DNA of 64,000 bases from Sedimentisphaerales bacterium. Its GTDB lineage: Bacteria > Planctomycetota > Phycisphaerae > Sedimentisphaerales > SM23-30. Under the pieces are notes generated by a model. That model worked only from the letters and a program-made list of their open reading frames with translations, did not search any database and was not told the DNA's origin. Positions 40,251 through 51,256 of the stretch are shown in pieces. Position numbers and translations under genes: made by a program. Within the stretch, counting starts at the first letter, position 1. Each line of letters begins with the position of its first letter. Location of the stretch: positions 2,015 to 66,014 of the forward strand of contig JAFGKT010000025.1 in the NCBI GenBank assembly GCA_016928435.1. Reading direction: 5' to 3'.

Positions 40251-41150
40251 GCGCCAGGCGTCCCAATACTTACTCATTCTGCCGACTAACACCCCAGGCT
40301 TATCCGCGTATATCCGCTGACCCAACAACCAACCCTTACTTCGCAGCCGACTACGCTGCCGATCCACAAGCTCGTAAAACTTCTCCATATCGCAAACGCC
40401 CCTCAATCGCTCCCCGTCACCAGCAACCGCTTCCTTCAACACCGTCAGATTATGATCGTCCCCCAAATAATCCGATAGCTTCTTCAGTTCATCCTGCAAA
40501 GCCGTAAGCACCGGCTCCCAAATACCCTTAAGCGTCCAAACCTGATAAAAGTAATCCTTAACCCGTTTACGCCACGCGTGAAACGCTTCCTCTGAACCAA
40601 CCTTATAAGCTTCCCTCATCGCTCTGCGCCCCCCACGATAAGTTTTCCTCAGTCCCTCAGCCAACCCAGCAAAACCTTTGTCCCCTATAGGCCAATCCTT
40701 CACACGCTCCCGAGCCTGCGCCATCGAAGATACAAACTCCTCGATCAGCCGTTGATCATCATGATGCTGCGAGATAGTCTTCTCACGTTGAACAATCAAC
40801 CCCTGGCGTATCGGAGCAAAAACCCCCATCTCACTCTCACACGAACAGCCTTGCACAATATCGTCATACGTTTCGATAACAACTGTAGCATCACGCACGC
40901 TGCTAAAACTCCGAGCCGCGTCACGAAACCATTGGTTTTCACACTTAAACACACCCCCACAATCCAGTTCGCCCCGAGCCAACTTTAACACCGCGCGAAT
41001 TCTTTTGCAGCGTTTGCGAATCTCATGAACCGTTGTATCACAGCAACTCGGATCACGCTCGATCTCCCGCAGAATCCTCCCGATCTGTTCGTCAACTATC
41101 CGCTTGACGTTATCACCCAGCGATTCTGTTGCCACAAAACGAAACGACAT
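40224..41150 (-). CDS. CHAD domain-containing protein
   Basis: VHEIRKRCKRIRAVLKLARG and HAWRKRVKDYFYQ helices are typical of CHAD (conserved histidine alpha-helical domain). An alternative start is at 41165. Confidence 0.75.
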   Translation of the reverse strand: MSFRFVATESLGDNVKRIVDEQIGRILREIERDPSCCDTTVHEIRKRCKRIRAVLKLARGELDCGGVFKCENQWFRDAARSFSSVRDATVVIETYDDIVQGCSCESEMGVFAPIRQGLIVQREKTISQHHDDQRLIEEFVSSMAQARERVKDWPIGDKGFAGLAEGLRKTYRGGRRAMREAYKVGSEEAFHAWRKRVKDYFYQVWTLKGIWEPVLTALQDELKKLSDYLGDDHNLTVLKEAVAGDGERLRGVCDMEKFYELVDRQRSRLRSKGWLLGQRIYADKPGVLVGRMSKYWDAWRGGESPRID

Positions 41151-41464
41151 CCGCAAACCTTTCAATCAAACCTCAACGCACCACCGCAATTCCCGTACCC
41201 TCACACCCAAAAAACATCGAACCAGAGCTGCTCCTATTATATTGCATCCGATCGATAGAGTAACATGCCGGCTTTAATTTACTGCTAGCACAAGGGCCGA
41301 CCACTATAATTTTATCCGGTTTTTGCCATAATACTAACTTGGGGCGTCTATAATGTTTAAGATTGCCTGCGGGTTCATCTCGCCTGATAGGAAATAGGAA
41401 AATGTAAGTATCGTAGTTGCAGTATGTTAAGGATAATCTCGCAGAAGCTATAGGAGTAATCAAA

Positions 41465-41893
41465 ATGGCAATACGCAAAGCACAAGCGACCTGGAAAGGC
41501 AAATTGGCCGATGGTTCAGGCCAAGTAGAACTAGGTAGTGGCGCCTTTAAAGGCAGTTATTCATTCCCCAGCCGCTTCGAACAGGGCCCCGGAACCAATC
41601 CGGAAGAACTCATCGGCGCAGCCCACGCCGGCTGTTTCTCCATGGCGTTCGCCCACAGCCTGGCTGAGTCCGGCTATAACCCCAAAAGCGTTCACACCGT
41701 CGCCAGCGTCCATCTCGATCAAGTCCAAGACGGTTTCGCTATCACCAGCATCGAACTGGAAACCGAAGCCGAGGTCCCCGACATCGAACAAGCAGCTTTC
41801 CAAGATATAGCCCAAGCCGCCAAGACCGGCTGCCCCGTATCAAAAGCACTCGCCGGAACCAACATCAGCTTAAACGCGCGCTTGGTCAAATAA
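41465..41893 (+). CDS. osmC: OsmC-family peroxiredoxin
   Basis: Collinear with E. coli OsmC: AQATWKGKLADGSG, GTNPEELIGAAHAGCFSMAF, GFAITSIELE, AKTGCPVSKAL. An AGGAG-like SD precedes ATG 41465. Confidence 0.85.
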   Translation: MAIRKAQATWKGKLADGSGQVELGSGAFKGSYSFPSRFEQGPGTNPEELIGAAHAGCFSMAFAHSLAESGYNPKSVHTVASVHLDQVQDGFAITSIELETEAEVPDIEQAAFQDIAQAAKTGCPVSKALAGTNISLNARLVK

Positions 41894-41969
41894 TCACCTC
41901 ATAAACCAGCCGCTTTCCAATACCAAAAGAAAACATAAGTAAATTTTTGTTCAAACATAGGAGATCGTA

Positions 41970-42470
41970 ATGTCAACCCAAGATAATCTGCAAGAAGCCT
42001 TCGCCGGTGAGAGTCAAGCAAACCGTAAATATTTGGCGTTTGCCGAGAAAGCTGAAAAGGATGGATTCCCCCAAGTAGCTCGTCTGTTCCGTGCCGCCGC
42101 AGCCGCTGAAACCGTTCATGCCCACGCTCACCTGCGCGTACTGGGCGGCATCAAAGACACCACCGAAAACCTCCAAGCCGCAATCGAAGGTGAAGGACAC
42201 GAATTCCAAAGCATGTATCCAGGCTTCCTCGAAGAAGCCGAAAAAGAAGGCAACAAACCCGCCGCCCGCTCAATCAAGTTCGCCTTGGCGGTGGAAGAAA
42301 TCCATCATGGCTTATATACCGACGCGCTAAAAGCGGTACAAGCAGGCAGCGACCTAGCCGAAACCAAAATATTCGTCTGCCCAGTCTGCGGCAATACCGT
42401 TTACAACCAAGCCCCAGACCAATGCCCCATCTGCGGAGTTCCCAAAGAAAAATTCTTCGAAGTAGAGTAA
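41970..42470 (+). CDS. rbr: Rubrerythrin
   Basis: Ferritin-like EAFAGESQANRKY and EEIHHGLY, plus the C-terminal rubredoxin knuckles CPVCGN and CPICGVP. Confidence 0.9.
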   Translation: MSTQDNLQEAFAGESQANRKYLAFAEKAEKDGFPQVARLFRAAAAAETVHAHAHLRVLGGIKDTTENLQAAIEGEGHEFQSMYPGFLEEAEKEGNKPAARSIKFALAVEEIHHGLYTDALKAVQAGSDLAETKIFVCPVCGNTVYNQAPDQCPICGVPKEKFFEVE

Positions 42471-42753
42471 TCCTAAATCAACACCCCCCTCAATCCAAAC
42501 CGCCTTGCCGCACAGCCAACAACGTGCAATAAGGCTCGGGGGGTATCTCTACGCGCGTATTCTACCCGTGCATAGCCCGTCTTCAAATCATCAGCCGCCC
42601 CTTCTTTTATATTCTTGCAATGTAGAGCCAAAACCATACAATAAGGCTCAATCAAGAACGTAGGGAGTTTGTTGGCCATCGCCGCGCCGACGGTTTGAAT
42701 AAACCGCGAATCGTCCGCCTGAGATGGACAACTATATGGTTTTGGAGGCTGCC

Positions 42754-43347
42754 ATGATTGCATTGATCTCTGAATTGAATACTCTGGAGAAGTTTTTTGG
42801 GATTTGCGCGATCCTGGGCGGGGTATTTCTGGTAATTCGACTCGTCTTCCAGTTTATCGGCGGCGATACCGATGTTGATGCCGATGTCGATGTTGACGTT
42901 GATATGGACACCGGGGCAGATGTTGACGGCGGCGATGTGGACATGAGCTTTAAGCTCCTTTCGTTTCAGGGTTTAACAGCTTTCTTCCTCATGTTTGGAC
43001 TGGTCGGCCTGGCTCTGTCGCATCAGAGCAAAGTCGCCGAGCATTGGTCCATACTCGGAGCTGTCGCAGCCGGCATCGCCAGCGTGTGGATCATTCAGCA
43101 AGTGTTCAACGCCATGAAGAAGCTCCAGTCCAGCGGCACTATTAATCTGCAAAATGCTGTTGGTCAGGAAGGCGATGTTTACCTCAACATTCCCGCCGGC
43201 GGAACCGGCAAGGTGCGAGTCAGCGTGCAAGACCACCTTAAGGTTTACGACGCCGTCTCCGACAGCAAGGAGCCAATCCCGACCGGCCAGCGCATAAAAG
43301 TCATGCGCGTCATTGCCGGGAATACTTTAGTGGTCGAGAAAATCTAA
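42754..43347 (+). CDS. NfeD/YqiJ-like membrane protein (partner of the downstream flotillin)
   Basis: TM helices, an acidic DTDVDADVDVDVDMDTGADVDGGDVD loop, and a C-terminal OB-like GDVYLNIPAGGTGKVRVSV..GQRIKVMRV. GGAGG SD before ATG 42754. Confidence 0.65.
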   Translation: MIALISELNTLEKFFGICAILGGVFLVIRLVFQFIGGDTDVDADVDVDVDMDTGADVDGGDVDMSFKLLSFQGLTAFFLMFGLVGLALSHQSKVAEHWSILGAVAAGIASVWIIQQVFNAMKKLQSSGTINLQNAVGQEGDVYLNIPAGGTGKVRVSVQDHLKVYDAVSDSKEPIPTGQRIKVMRVIAGNTLVVEKI

Positions 43348-43381
43348 TTGGAAATTATTCTAATATCGAGGGAAGCAAGCT

Positions 43382-45046
43382 ATGGATAATCTGTGGGTTT
43401 ATGTAATTGTAGCTTTGGTGGTTCTGGTCATTTCGACCATTATGTTCTTGGCGTCCCGCTACAAACGCTGTCCGTCCGATAGAATCCTGGTCATATTCGG
43501 TAAGGTCGGCAGAGATCAATCCTCACGGTGCATACACGGCGGCGGCGCGTTCATTTGGCCTCTCATCCAGGACTACGCCTACCTCAATCTCACCCCCATG
43601 ACCATCAGCATACCCCTGGAAAACGCCCTTTCTCTGCAAAACATCCGTATCAACGTGCCCAGCACCTTTACAGTGGGCGTAAGCACCGACCCGTCGATTA
43701 TGAACAACGCCGCCGAACGTCTCCTGCGTTTGGCGCCGCGCGAAATCGAAGAAATGTCCAAGGAAATCATCTTTGGTCAGTTGCGTCTAACCGTAGCTTC
43801 GCTCACCATCGAACAAATCAATCAGGACCGCGAAAGCTTTCTGGAATCCGTACGCAAAAACGTCGAGCCGGAATTGAATAAGATCGGTCTATACCTAATC
43901 AACGTAAACATCACTGATATCACCGACGAATCAAATTACATCGAGAGCATCGGTAAAAAGGCGGCATCGGAAGCCATCAACCGAGCGAAGGTGGACGTGG
44001 CCGAACAAGTCAAGCTGGGTGCGATTGGTGAGGCGGAAGCGGATCGCGAAAAGAATATTCGCGTCGCCGAGAACGTCGCTCAGTCCGAAAAAGGGCAAAA
44101 ACAAGCCGAAGCCGACAAACGTATTTTTGTCCAGCAGCAGGAAACCTCCGCGGCCATCGGTGAATCCGACGCCAACCGCGACAAGGAAATCCGCATCGCT
44201 GAAAACGCCGCGCAAGCTGAAAAAGGCACCAAAAAAGCCGAAGCGGACAAACGCGTTTTCGTACAGCAGCAGGAAGCACAAGCCGTCAAAGGCGAAAAGA
44301 AAGCCGAAGCCGAACGTCGTGTTTACGTCAACGAGCAGGAAGCCGAAGCAGTCTCCGGCGAGAACAAGGCCAAGGCCGACATCGCCAATTATGAAGCCGA
44401 ACTGGCCGTCAAAGCTGCCGAGGCGATGAGACGCGGTGAGGTCGCTAAGCGCCAAGCGGAGGTAGAAATCCAAAAAGCTCAGTACCTCGCCGAGCAGGAA
44501 CGTCTTAACGCCCAGGAAGTCGTCCGCAAAGAAATTGACAAGCGTAAGATCGAGATATCCGCCGAGGCCGAAGCCGAGAAGCTACGACGCGAGGCCAAGG
44601 GCCAAGCCGACGCGATCCTAGCCAAATATGAAGCCGAAGCCAAAGGTATTCGCCAAGTACTAGACAGCAAGGCAGCCGGTTATGAATCCCTGGTAAAGAG
44701 CTGCAACGGTGACGCCAAAGCCGCGTCAACTCTGTTGATGATCGAAAAAATCGAAGATATCGTCGCCCGACAGGTCGAAGCCATCAGAAACCTCAAGATC
44801 GACAAGATAACGGTATGGGACAGCGGAGCCGGTGGCCAAACAGGAACATCGACCGCGAATTTCCTGTCGGGAATGATAAAATCTATCCCGCCTTTGCAGG
44901 ATGTCGCAGCTATGGCCGGGGTCGAGCTGCCCAGCTATCTAGGTCAAATGGCGGACACTAACACCGTTGACAATAAACCCGCCAACACCCCCCATAAGCC
45001 CCAGACACCCGCGACAAATCCAGAAAAGAAACCCAAGGACTCCTAA
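43382..45046 (+). CDS. SPFH/flotillin family protein (YqiK/FloT-like)
   Basis: N-terminal TM plus SPFH domain (RCPSDRILVIFGK.., LTPMTISIPLENALS). Long A/E/K coiled coil with an in-frame 132-nt (44-aa) tandem repeat: AEADKRIFVQQQE at 44105 and AEADKRVFVQQQE at 44237. Confidence 0.85.
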   Translation: MDNLWVYVIVALVVLVISTIMFLASRYKRCPSDRILVIFGKVGRDQSSRCIHGGGAFIWPLIQDYAYLNLTPMTISIPLENALSLQNIRINVPSTFTVGVSTDPSIMNNAAERLLRLAPREIEEMSKEIIFGQLRLTVASLTIEQINQDRESFLESVRKNVEPELNKIGLYLINVNITDITDESNYIESIGKKAASEAINRAKVDVAEQVKLGAIGEAEADREKNIRVAENVAQSEKGQKQAEADKRIFVQQQETSAAIGESDANRDKEIRIAENAAQAEKGTKKAEADKRVFVQQQEAQAVKGEKKAEAERRVYVNEQEAEAVSGENKAKADIANYEAELAVKAAEAMRRGEVAKRQAEVEIQKAQYLAEQERLNAQEVVRKEIDKRKIEISAEAEAEKLRREAKGQADAILAKYEAEAKGIRQVLDSKAAGYESLVKSCNGDAKAASTLLMIEKIEDIVARQVEAIRNLKIDKITVWDSGAGGQTGTSTANFLSGMIKSIPPLQDVAAMAGVELPSYLGQMADTNTVDNKPANTPHKPQTPATNPEKKPKDS

Positions 45047-45427
45047 ACCAAATAGACGATAGACAAGCTGAAAAACAAACTTGTTTTGCAACGGACGGTA
45101 GCAGTCCCCGGCCTAATCGTTTCCATTGCGCTGCCGAATAAATCCCCCGTGCCTAATCACCACCTCTGGCTAATCTAAAATCCGCGATAATCCGTGCAAT
45201 CCGCGGTTTCAATTCCCAACTATCCCCGAATGAACCAAAAAAAATGGCCCCAACGCATACTTGGCAGAGCGGCGTCGAGACCAAATTTCGGCACAGGGTT
45301 ACTGTGTGCCCATACCGTATTGCCTATAATTCTAAGTAAATCCGTTTCCTATTGCAACCAAATATTATCTGCCGCTCCCCGTCCATCCTAGAAGCCCAAC
45401 ATCAAAACCGCCGACAAAAACAACCGC

Positions 45428-46771
45428 CTACTCCGTTCGAATCTCAGCCCACGGCTCCTCCGCAATCTCCATGTAACGCAGCAAAACACCCGCTAGCTCC
45501 GCCCGAACATCCTTATATGCCGCATCAGAAACCAAATTATTCTGCTCGTGCGGATCATTCTCCAGATCATACAAGTACTGCTCCACATAAACATCGGAAC
45601 CGCCGTCCACCCCCGGATCCTTATCCGGCGCATAAACCGAATATTTCCATCTGTCCGTTCGTATAGCCCGGCCCACCTGCGATTCCCCAATCTGCACAAA
45701 CACCTCTCCCGGCCAATCCGCGCAGTCGCCGTCCAACAACTGTTGTACCGGCCGACCCTGCACATAGACCGGCAAATCAATCCCCGCCGCATGCAGTATC
45801 GTCGCCGTCACGTCAACCGTGTTCACCATCGAATCCACCACCTTACCCCCCGTAAAGCCCGGCCCATAAATTACCAAAGGAACACGTATCGACGACTCAT
45901 GACACGAACGCTTGTACTCGCTGTTACGCGTACGAAAATGACAGCCATGATCGCTGAAGTAAATAATAACCGTATGATCCGCCAAACCAAGCTGCGCCAG
46001 CTTTGCGCGAACCCGCCCCAGATTGTAATCCAAACTACCACAGCAGCCCAGATAGTCGGGCATTTCCTCACGCCAATCTCCGTGCGAATTCACCAGATCC
46101 CCAGGCGGTTCAAAATTCGCGTACTTCTGCTTCGAACCGCAAGGCCCTTCAAAATGATTATGGTCATTCTGATGGTGCGGCTCAACATAAGAATCAAAAA
46201 GAAAGAACGGCCTATCGTCCCGGCACGACTCCAAATACTCCAAAACCCAATCTGTCTGCGCATCCGCCCGGTACCGCCCCTCAGGAAAAAACCGCTTGTT
46301 CCCGTCACCATCATACATAAAGCCGTCGTAGCTGTGCGACGTAAACTCCAGCGTCTCCGCTACCAGCCAATAGTCATTGTAGCCAAAACGCAATTCCGCA
46401 GGTATCGCTCTATCGCCGTAACTCTCACGACCATCCCGAGGCCAATCCGACGCCAAATGCAGCTTGCCGATATAACCCGTCTCGTAGCCGGCCTCAGACA
46501 AAAAATGCCCCAGAGTCCGCTCCGTTAAAGGCATCCGACGATGATTCGTAAAACAGCCCAACTGGCTCGCGTATTTGCCCGTTTGCAGACACGCCCGCGC
46601 CGGACCACAGACCGGCTGGACCGAAAACGCCCGATCAAAACGAACACCCTCAGCCGCCATCGCGTCCAGGTGCGGTGTTATGTCCAACCGCTGACCATAG
46701 CAACCCAAAGTATCCCAACGTTGCTGGTCAGAGAAGAACACAACAATGTTCGGCTGCTCAGCCTTGCTCAT
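45428..46771 (-). CDS. Sulfatase (formylglycine-dependent)
   Basis: PNIVVFFSDQQRWD, the CxPxR motif in QPVCGPARACLQTGKY, and DHGCHF. Confidence 0.9.
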   Translation of the reverse strand: MSKAEQPNIVVFFSDQQRWDTLGCYGQRLDITPHLDAMAAEGVRFDRAFSVQPVCGPARACLQTGKYASQLGCFTNHRRMPLTERTLGHFLSEAGYETGYIGKLHLASDWPRDGRESYGDRAIPAELRFGYNDYWLVAETLEFTSHSYDGFMYDGDGNKRFFPEGRYRADAQTDWVLEYLESCRDDRPFFLFDSYVEPHHQNDHNHFEGPCGSKQKYANFEPPGDLVNSHGDWREEMPDYLGCCGSLDYNLGRVRAKLAQLGLADHTVIIYFSDHGCHFRTRNSEYKRSCHESSIRVPLVIYGPGFTGGKVVDSMVNTVDVTATILHAAGIDLPVYVQGRPVQQLLDGDCADWPGEVFVQIGESQVGRAIRTDRWKYSVYAPDKDPGVDGGSDVYVEQYLYDLENDPHEQNNLVSDAAYKDVRAELAGVLLRYMEIAEEPWAEIRTE

Positions 46772-46840
46772 TCACCAAGCCTCCCATCGTGTAAGCAAAC
46801 TTCCACAAACAAACCGCCGCCGAACCTGACCACACCTACC

Positions 46841-47650
46841 CTAGACTTCTTGATACATATGAACATCACGCTGCGGGAATGGTATCCCGATGCCCTCAGC
46901 GTCAAAACGCTTCTTGATCTTCTCTTGCGTCGCGAAATAAACATCCCAATAGTCCGCTGTCTTTACCCAAGGACGAACAACAAAATTCACACTGCTGTCA
47001 GCCAACTCCAACACCCCAATCGTCGGCGCCGGTTCTGCCAGGATCCGCTCATCCTCCGAACATATCCCCTGCAAAACCTTCCGCACCTTGTCCAAGTCCG
47101 CACTGTAGCTCACCCCAGCAACAATATCAATACGACGCTGCTCCTTGGCTGTATAGTTCGTGATGTTATCACCCATTAGTTTTGCGTTAGGTACAATAAT
47201 CTTCTTGTTGTCCGGAGACTTCATCTCCGTCGTGAATATTCCTATCTCCTCAACAACACCCGTAGCGCCCCCGGCCTCAATAAAATCGCCCACTTTGAAC
47301 GGCTTGAAGATTATCAACAACACTCCCGCCGCGAAGTTCGACAATGAACCCTGCAACGCCAAGCCCACAGCAAGACCCGCGGCACCAATAACCGCGACAA
47401 AAGAAGTCGTCTGAACACCCAGCTTACCTACCGCGGCGATGATTATAAAGACCATCAACGCCACATAAACAACTTTTGTCACAAAGGTGACCAAAGTCTC
47501 ATCCACCCGGCTCCTGACCAACAGCTTTTTCAAGAGCCCCCGCGCAATACCAGCTACAATACGCCCAACAATAAGAATCGCTATCGCTGAGATAACATCC
47601 ATTCCGTACTCAGTGATCCATGCCTGCAACTTATTAAAAAGCTCTTCCAT
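46841..47650 (-). CDS. MscS-family small-conductance mechanosensitive channel
   Basis: Three N-terminal TM helices. The pore helix/beta-domain junction is GLALQGSLSNFAAGVLLIIFKPFKVGDFIE. Confidence 0.9.
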   Translation of the reverse strand: MEELFNKLQAWITEYGMDVISAIAILIVGRIVAGIARGLLKKLLVRSRVDETLVTFVTKVVYVALMVFIIIAAVGKLGVQTTSFVAVIGAAGLAVGLALQGSLSNFAAGVLLIIFKPFKVGDFIEAGGATGVVEEIGIFTTEMKSPDNKKIIVPNAKLMGDNITNYTAKEQRRIDIVAGVSYSADLDKVRKVLQGICSEDERILAEPAPTIGVLELADSSVNFVVRPWVKTADYWDVYFATQEKIKKRFDAEGIGIPFPQRDVHMYQEV

Positions 47651-47758
47651 CTTAGATCTCCTGTTCTAAACCAAAACTGAATTATTAGAGGTGCCCTAAA
47701 TCCACATCCATTCCCTGTTGCTACGAAGTGATCGTCGTCCCAACTCCTCAGATTTTAG
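47625..47758 (-). repeat. R6 copy B: native 5' end (26 nt) plus 108-nt upstream leader of the MscS-family gene
   Basis: See 39984-40117. It contains the SD ACAGGAGATCTAAGATG and the conserved core AGGGCACCTCTAATAATTCAGTTTTGG. Confidence 0.8.
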
Positions 47759-48087
47759 CCCACCAACCCCCAAAAAGCAACCAGCTATCATGCCCTAATA
47801 TCCAAGTGCGTAATAATACCACCACTACCCCTCAATGGACCTACCATATCGCCACACATTGACTCCCCAACCAACCTCAATTCGTCATCGGGGTGCTTGA
47901 TACGTCGATCCAGCGCCAAAGTCACCGGCCCCGCCAAAACCTCACATCAACCCCAGATAGTCCTTTTCTAATATCAATTTGCCTATTGCATCACAGATCA
48001 AAAGTCGGTAAATATGGAGATGAGGTTGAAGAACAACCGATAAGATAATTGAAAAAATGGGCGATTCTACATTCTGAAAGGCATGGC

Positions 48088-49953
48088 ATGTTGGCACAAT
48101 CCTTCAGTATCTTAGAGTCCGTCCTAATCGTCCTCTATCTGCTCGTTATTGCTTATCTCGGGTGGCTTGGTTATCGACGTACCAAAAACCAAATCGACTA
48201 CCTAATCGCCGGTCGAAAAACCCACCCGTTCGTCATGGCAATGAGCTACGGAGCAACCTTCATCTCCACTAGCGCCATCGTCGGGTTCGGCGGAGTCGCC
48301 GGAATGTTCGGAATGAGCCTCCTCTGGCTCGTCTTCCTAAACATCTTCGTTGGAATCTTCATCGCTTTCGTATTTCTCGGAGAACCAACCCGCAAACTAG
48401 GACATCGGCTAGACGCCCATACCTTCCCCGAACTCCTCGGAAAACGCTACCAAAGCAAATCTATACAGGTCATCGCCGGCGCCATAATAACTGTCTTCAT
48501 CCCACTATATGCCGCCGCGGTCCTAATCGGCGGCTGCGAATTCATTACCGTACAGTTTCATGTGGACTATAACCTCGCTCTGCTGATATTCAGCGTCATT
48601 GTCGCTTCGTATGTCGTCGTCGGAGGACTCAAAGGAGTCATGTACGCCGACGCCATGCAAGGAACCATTATGTTCTTCAGTATGCTGATACTGCTGGTCT
48701 GGACTTATATCAGTCTCGGCGGCATTACCCCCGCCCACCAAGCATTGGTCAACATGAAAGATCAAGCCTTCGCTGGATTCCAAGCAATGGGACATCAAGG
48801 TTGGACTAATATGCCTAGCTTTGGCTGGGGTGACAATCAATATAACCTTTGGTGGCTCGTCGTCTCCACAATAATACTCGGGGTCGGCATCGGCGTACTC
48901 GCCCAACCACAACTCATCGTAAGGTTCATGACCGTCAAAAGCAAAAAAGAACTTAATCGCGCAACCCTCATCGGAGCCCTTTTTATCCTCATAATCCCCG
49001 GCAGCGCCTACATCGTCGGAAGCCTATCCAATGTTTACTTCTTCCAGGAAGAAGTCATAAAAGGCCAAATCGTTGGGCAACTGCACGAGATCGATGTCAT
49101 TGCCGCTAGATCCCGCGACACCGAAAAACACCTCTCCTGTGATATACTCCAAATAGATACCGCCCCCACCGACGGACTCGCCGACACCTACATCATCAGC
49201 CGTGGTGTCGGACCCGCCGCCGAAATCCTCCCTCAAGCCGAAATCACCCAACTCGACGACGGCACCGTCCAAGTCCGATCCCACGCAACCAGCTACACCC
49301 GCGTAGTCGTACCTCTGGGCAACGGCCAATGGGCCCTCAACACCGACAGCATCATCCCCACCTACATTCGATCCGCTATGCCCCGATGGTTCGGCATCCT
49401 GTTCCTGCTAACTCTACTCTCCGCCGCTATGAGTACCCTTTCCAGCCAGTTCCACGCCCTCGGCACCAGCGTCTCTCATGACGTGTTCACTCCGCTGCGC
49501 CGCCAAAAAATCGGAACCATCGGATTAACTCGAATCGGCATCATCATTGGTATCATCCTCGCCATGCTCATCAGCCATTATGCCCGAGGCGGATACATCA
49601 TCGCCCGAGCAACCGCAATATTCTTCGGCCTATGCGCATCCGCGTTCCTGCCCGCCTTCATCGGCGGACTATTCTTCCGACGCGTCACCAAAACCGCCGT
49701 CATCGCTTCAATAAGCGTCGGCTTCGTCGCAACCCTCTTCTGGCTCGTATTCATTAAAGCAAAAGAAGCAGAAGCCATCGGCATCGTGCAAATCTTCTCC
49801 GACGGAAAACCAAGCCTCCTCGCTGACTACCCCAATTGGCCCACCGTCGATCCCATCCTCATCGCTCTGCCTCTGTCAATCCTAACCATCATCATCGTCA
49901 GCATGGTAACCCGTCCCCCGCACCAAGAACACCTCGACCAGTGCTTCCAATAA
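48088..49953 (+). CDS. Sodium:solute symporter (SSS) family transporter with a large soluble insertion
   Basis: Multiple TM helices, LGWLGYRRTKNQIDYLIAGR, SAAMSTLSSQFH. An insert of about 90 aa (residues ~330-420 of the ORF) lies between TM blocks. Confidence 0.85.
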   Translation: MLAQSFSILESVLIVLYLLVIAYLGWLGYRRTKNQIDYLIAGRKTHPFVMAMSYGATFISTSAIVGFGGVAGMFGMSLLWLVFLNIFVGIFIAFVFLGEPTRKLGHRLDAHTFPELLGKRYQSKSIQVIAGAIITVFIPLYAAAVLIGGCEFITVQFHVDYNLALLIFSVIVASYVVVGGLKGVMYADAMQGTIMFFSMLILLVWTYISLGGITPAHQALVNMKDQAFAGFQAMGHQGWTNMPSFGWGDNQYNLWWLVVSTIILGVGIGVLAQPQLIVRFMTVKSKKELNRATLIGALFILIIPGSAYIVGSLSNVYFFQEEVIKGQIVGQLHEIDVIAARSRDTEKHLSCDILQIDTAPTDGLADTYIISRGVGPAAEILPQAEITQLDDGTVQVRSHATSYTRVVVPLGNGQWALNTDSIIPTYIRSAMPRWFGILFLLTLLSAAMSTLSSQFHALGTSVSHDVFTPLRRQKIGTIGLTRIGIIIGIILAMLISHYARGGYIIARATAIFFGLCASAFLPAFIGGLFFRRVTKTAVIASISVGFVATLFWLVFIKAKEAEAIGIVQIFSDGKPSLLADYPNWPTVDPILIALPLSILTIIIVSMVTRPPHQEHLDQCFQ

Positions 49954-49990
49954 CCCAAAACCGCCAACGGCATGAACCTCTTAGATCACC

Positions 49991-51178
49991 TCACGCGTCC
50001 CAATTGACCTTTTCCGCTCTGCTCGTACCAGGCCTGTTGCTTTCGTATTTCTCCAGCTCATCCTGGAAAATGTTCGGCTGATTCGCCCAGTTTATCGCCT
50101 CCGCAGCACTCACCACACCGTTCTGAACCAATGTCGCTAATGATCGCTCCAAACTTATCATCCGTTCAGCCGGTATGTCTTTTGTCCGCGTCTGCAAAAA
50201 CGTGTAAACCTGTTCCATCTTGCGCAGGCGAATCAAATTCGATGTCGCGTAAGTGTTGTTCAATATCTCCATCGCCGCGACCCGCCCGTTACCATCCGCG
50301 CGAGGCACCAACTTCTGACATATTATATGACTCAAACCCAACGACAACTGCGATGCCACTTCGTCCTGCTGATTCGACGGAAACATATCTAAAACCCGAG
50401 TAATCGTCCCCCGAGTGTCGCGCGTGTGCAGCGTCGAAAACACCAAATGCCCCGTCTCCGCCGCCGTCAGAGTCCAAGTCGCTGATTCCCTGTCCCGCAT
50501 CTCACCTACAAATATAACATCCGGGTCTTCCCGCAAACAATCACGCAAGCCGCGAGAATAGTCCGGAACATCCCGCCCGACTTCCCGCTGAGATATCACC
50601 GCTGAACTGCTCTTTAGGCAATATTCAATCGGATCCTCCAACGTAATTATCCTGCAAGGCCGATCTTTCGCGATCCGATCTATCAATGAGGCTATCGTCG
50701 TACTCTTTCCCGCACCCGTAATCCCCGTCACCAGAACCAAACCCCATTGCTTAACCACAATATCCTGCCAAACCCGATTCGGAAAACCAATCTCCTCAAT
50801 CGGGATAGGCGTAGGATCCAACGCCCGCAAAGCTATCGTCAAACCGTCATTGTCGTAAAAACAATTAAACCGAAACTGCATATCCTTACTTATATAAGAA
50901 CTATCAACCGAACGATCCCTCTCCAAATACTGCAATTCTTTCTCACTCAGCAGCGCCTCTACCAGTAAACGCACCGTCTTGGCGTCCAAAGCATCACCCT
51001 TCATTCGCTGCAAATCACCATCCACCCTATAAGTCGGAGGCAACCCAACCTTCAGATGCAAATCCGAAACCCGCAACGAACCATACTGACTAAAATAGTT
51101 CAGCAAATCGTGCATGCTCAGAACCCGCTTGTCCTTCGCTCGGTACAACGGAGTGTCCATCGTCGGTTTATTTGCCAT
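49991..51178 (-). CDS. pilT: PilT-family type IV pilus retraction ATPase
   Basis: Walker A GITGAGKSTT, Walker B/Asp box DVIFVGEMRD, His box GHLVFSTLHT. AGGAGA SD. Confidence 0.85.
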   Translation of the reverse strand: MANKPTMDTPLYRAKDKRVLSMHDLLNYFSQYGSLRVSDLHLKVGLPPTYRVDGDLQRMKGDALDAKTVRLLVEALLSEKELQYLERDRSVDSSYISKDMQFRFNCFYDNDGLTIALRALDPTPIPIEEIGFPNRVWQDIVVKQWGLVLVTGITGAGKSTTIASLIDRIAKDRPCRIITLEDPIEYCLKSSSAVISQREVGRDVPDYSRGLRDCLREDPDVIFVGEMRDRESATWTLTAAETGHLVFSTLHTRDTRGTITRVLDMFPSNQQDEVASQLSLGLSHIICQKLVPRADGNGRVAAMEILNNTYATSNLIRLRKMEQVYTFLQTRTKDIPAERMISLERSLATLVQNGVVSAAEAINWANQPNIFQDELEKYESNRPGTSRAEKVNWDA

Positions 51179-51256
51179 ATGTTATTCTCCTAATCAGTAC
51201 CGCCGGCCTCTTGCCGGCCCGACACAAAAACCCGTACCACCCCGGTATCAAGCATA

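Noticed and set aside
42870-42940. Short tandem GATGTN repeats that look like a microsatellite or mini-array.
   Set aside because: They are in frame inside the NfeD-like CDS and encode a D/V-rich loop. There is no spacer-repeat architecture, so this is not a CRISPR array.
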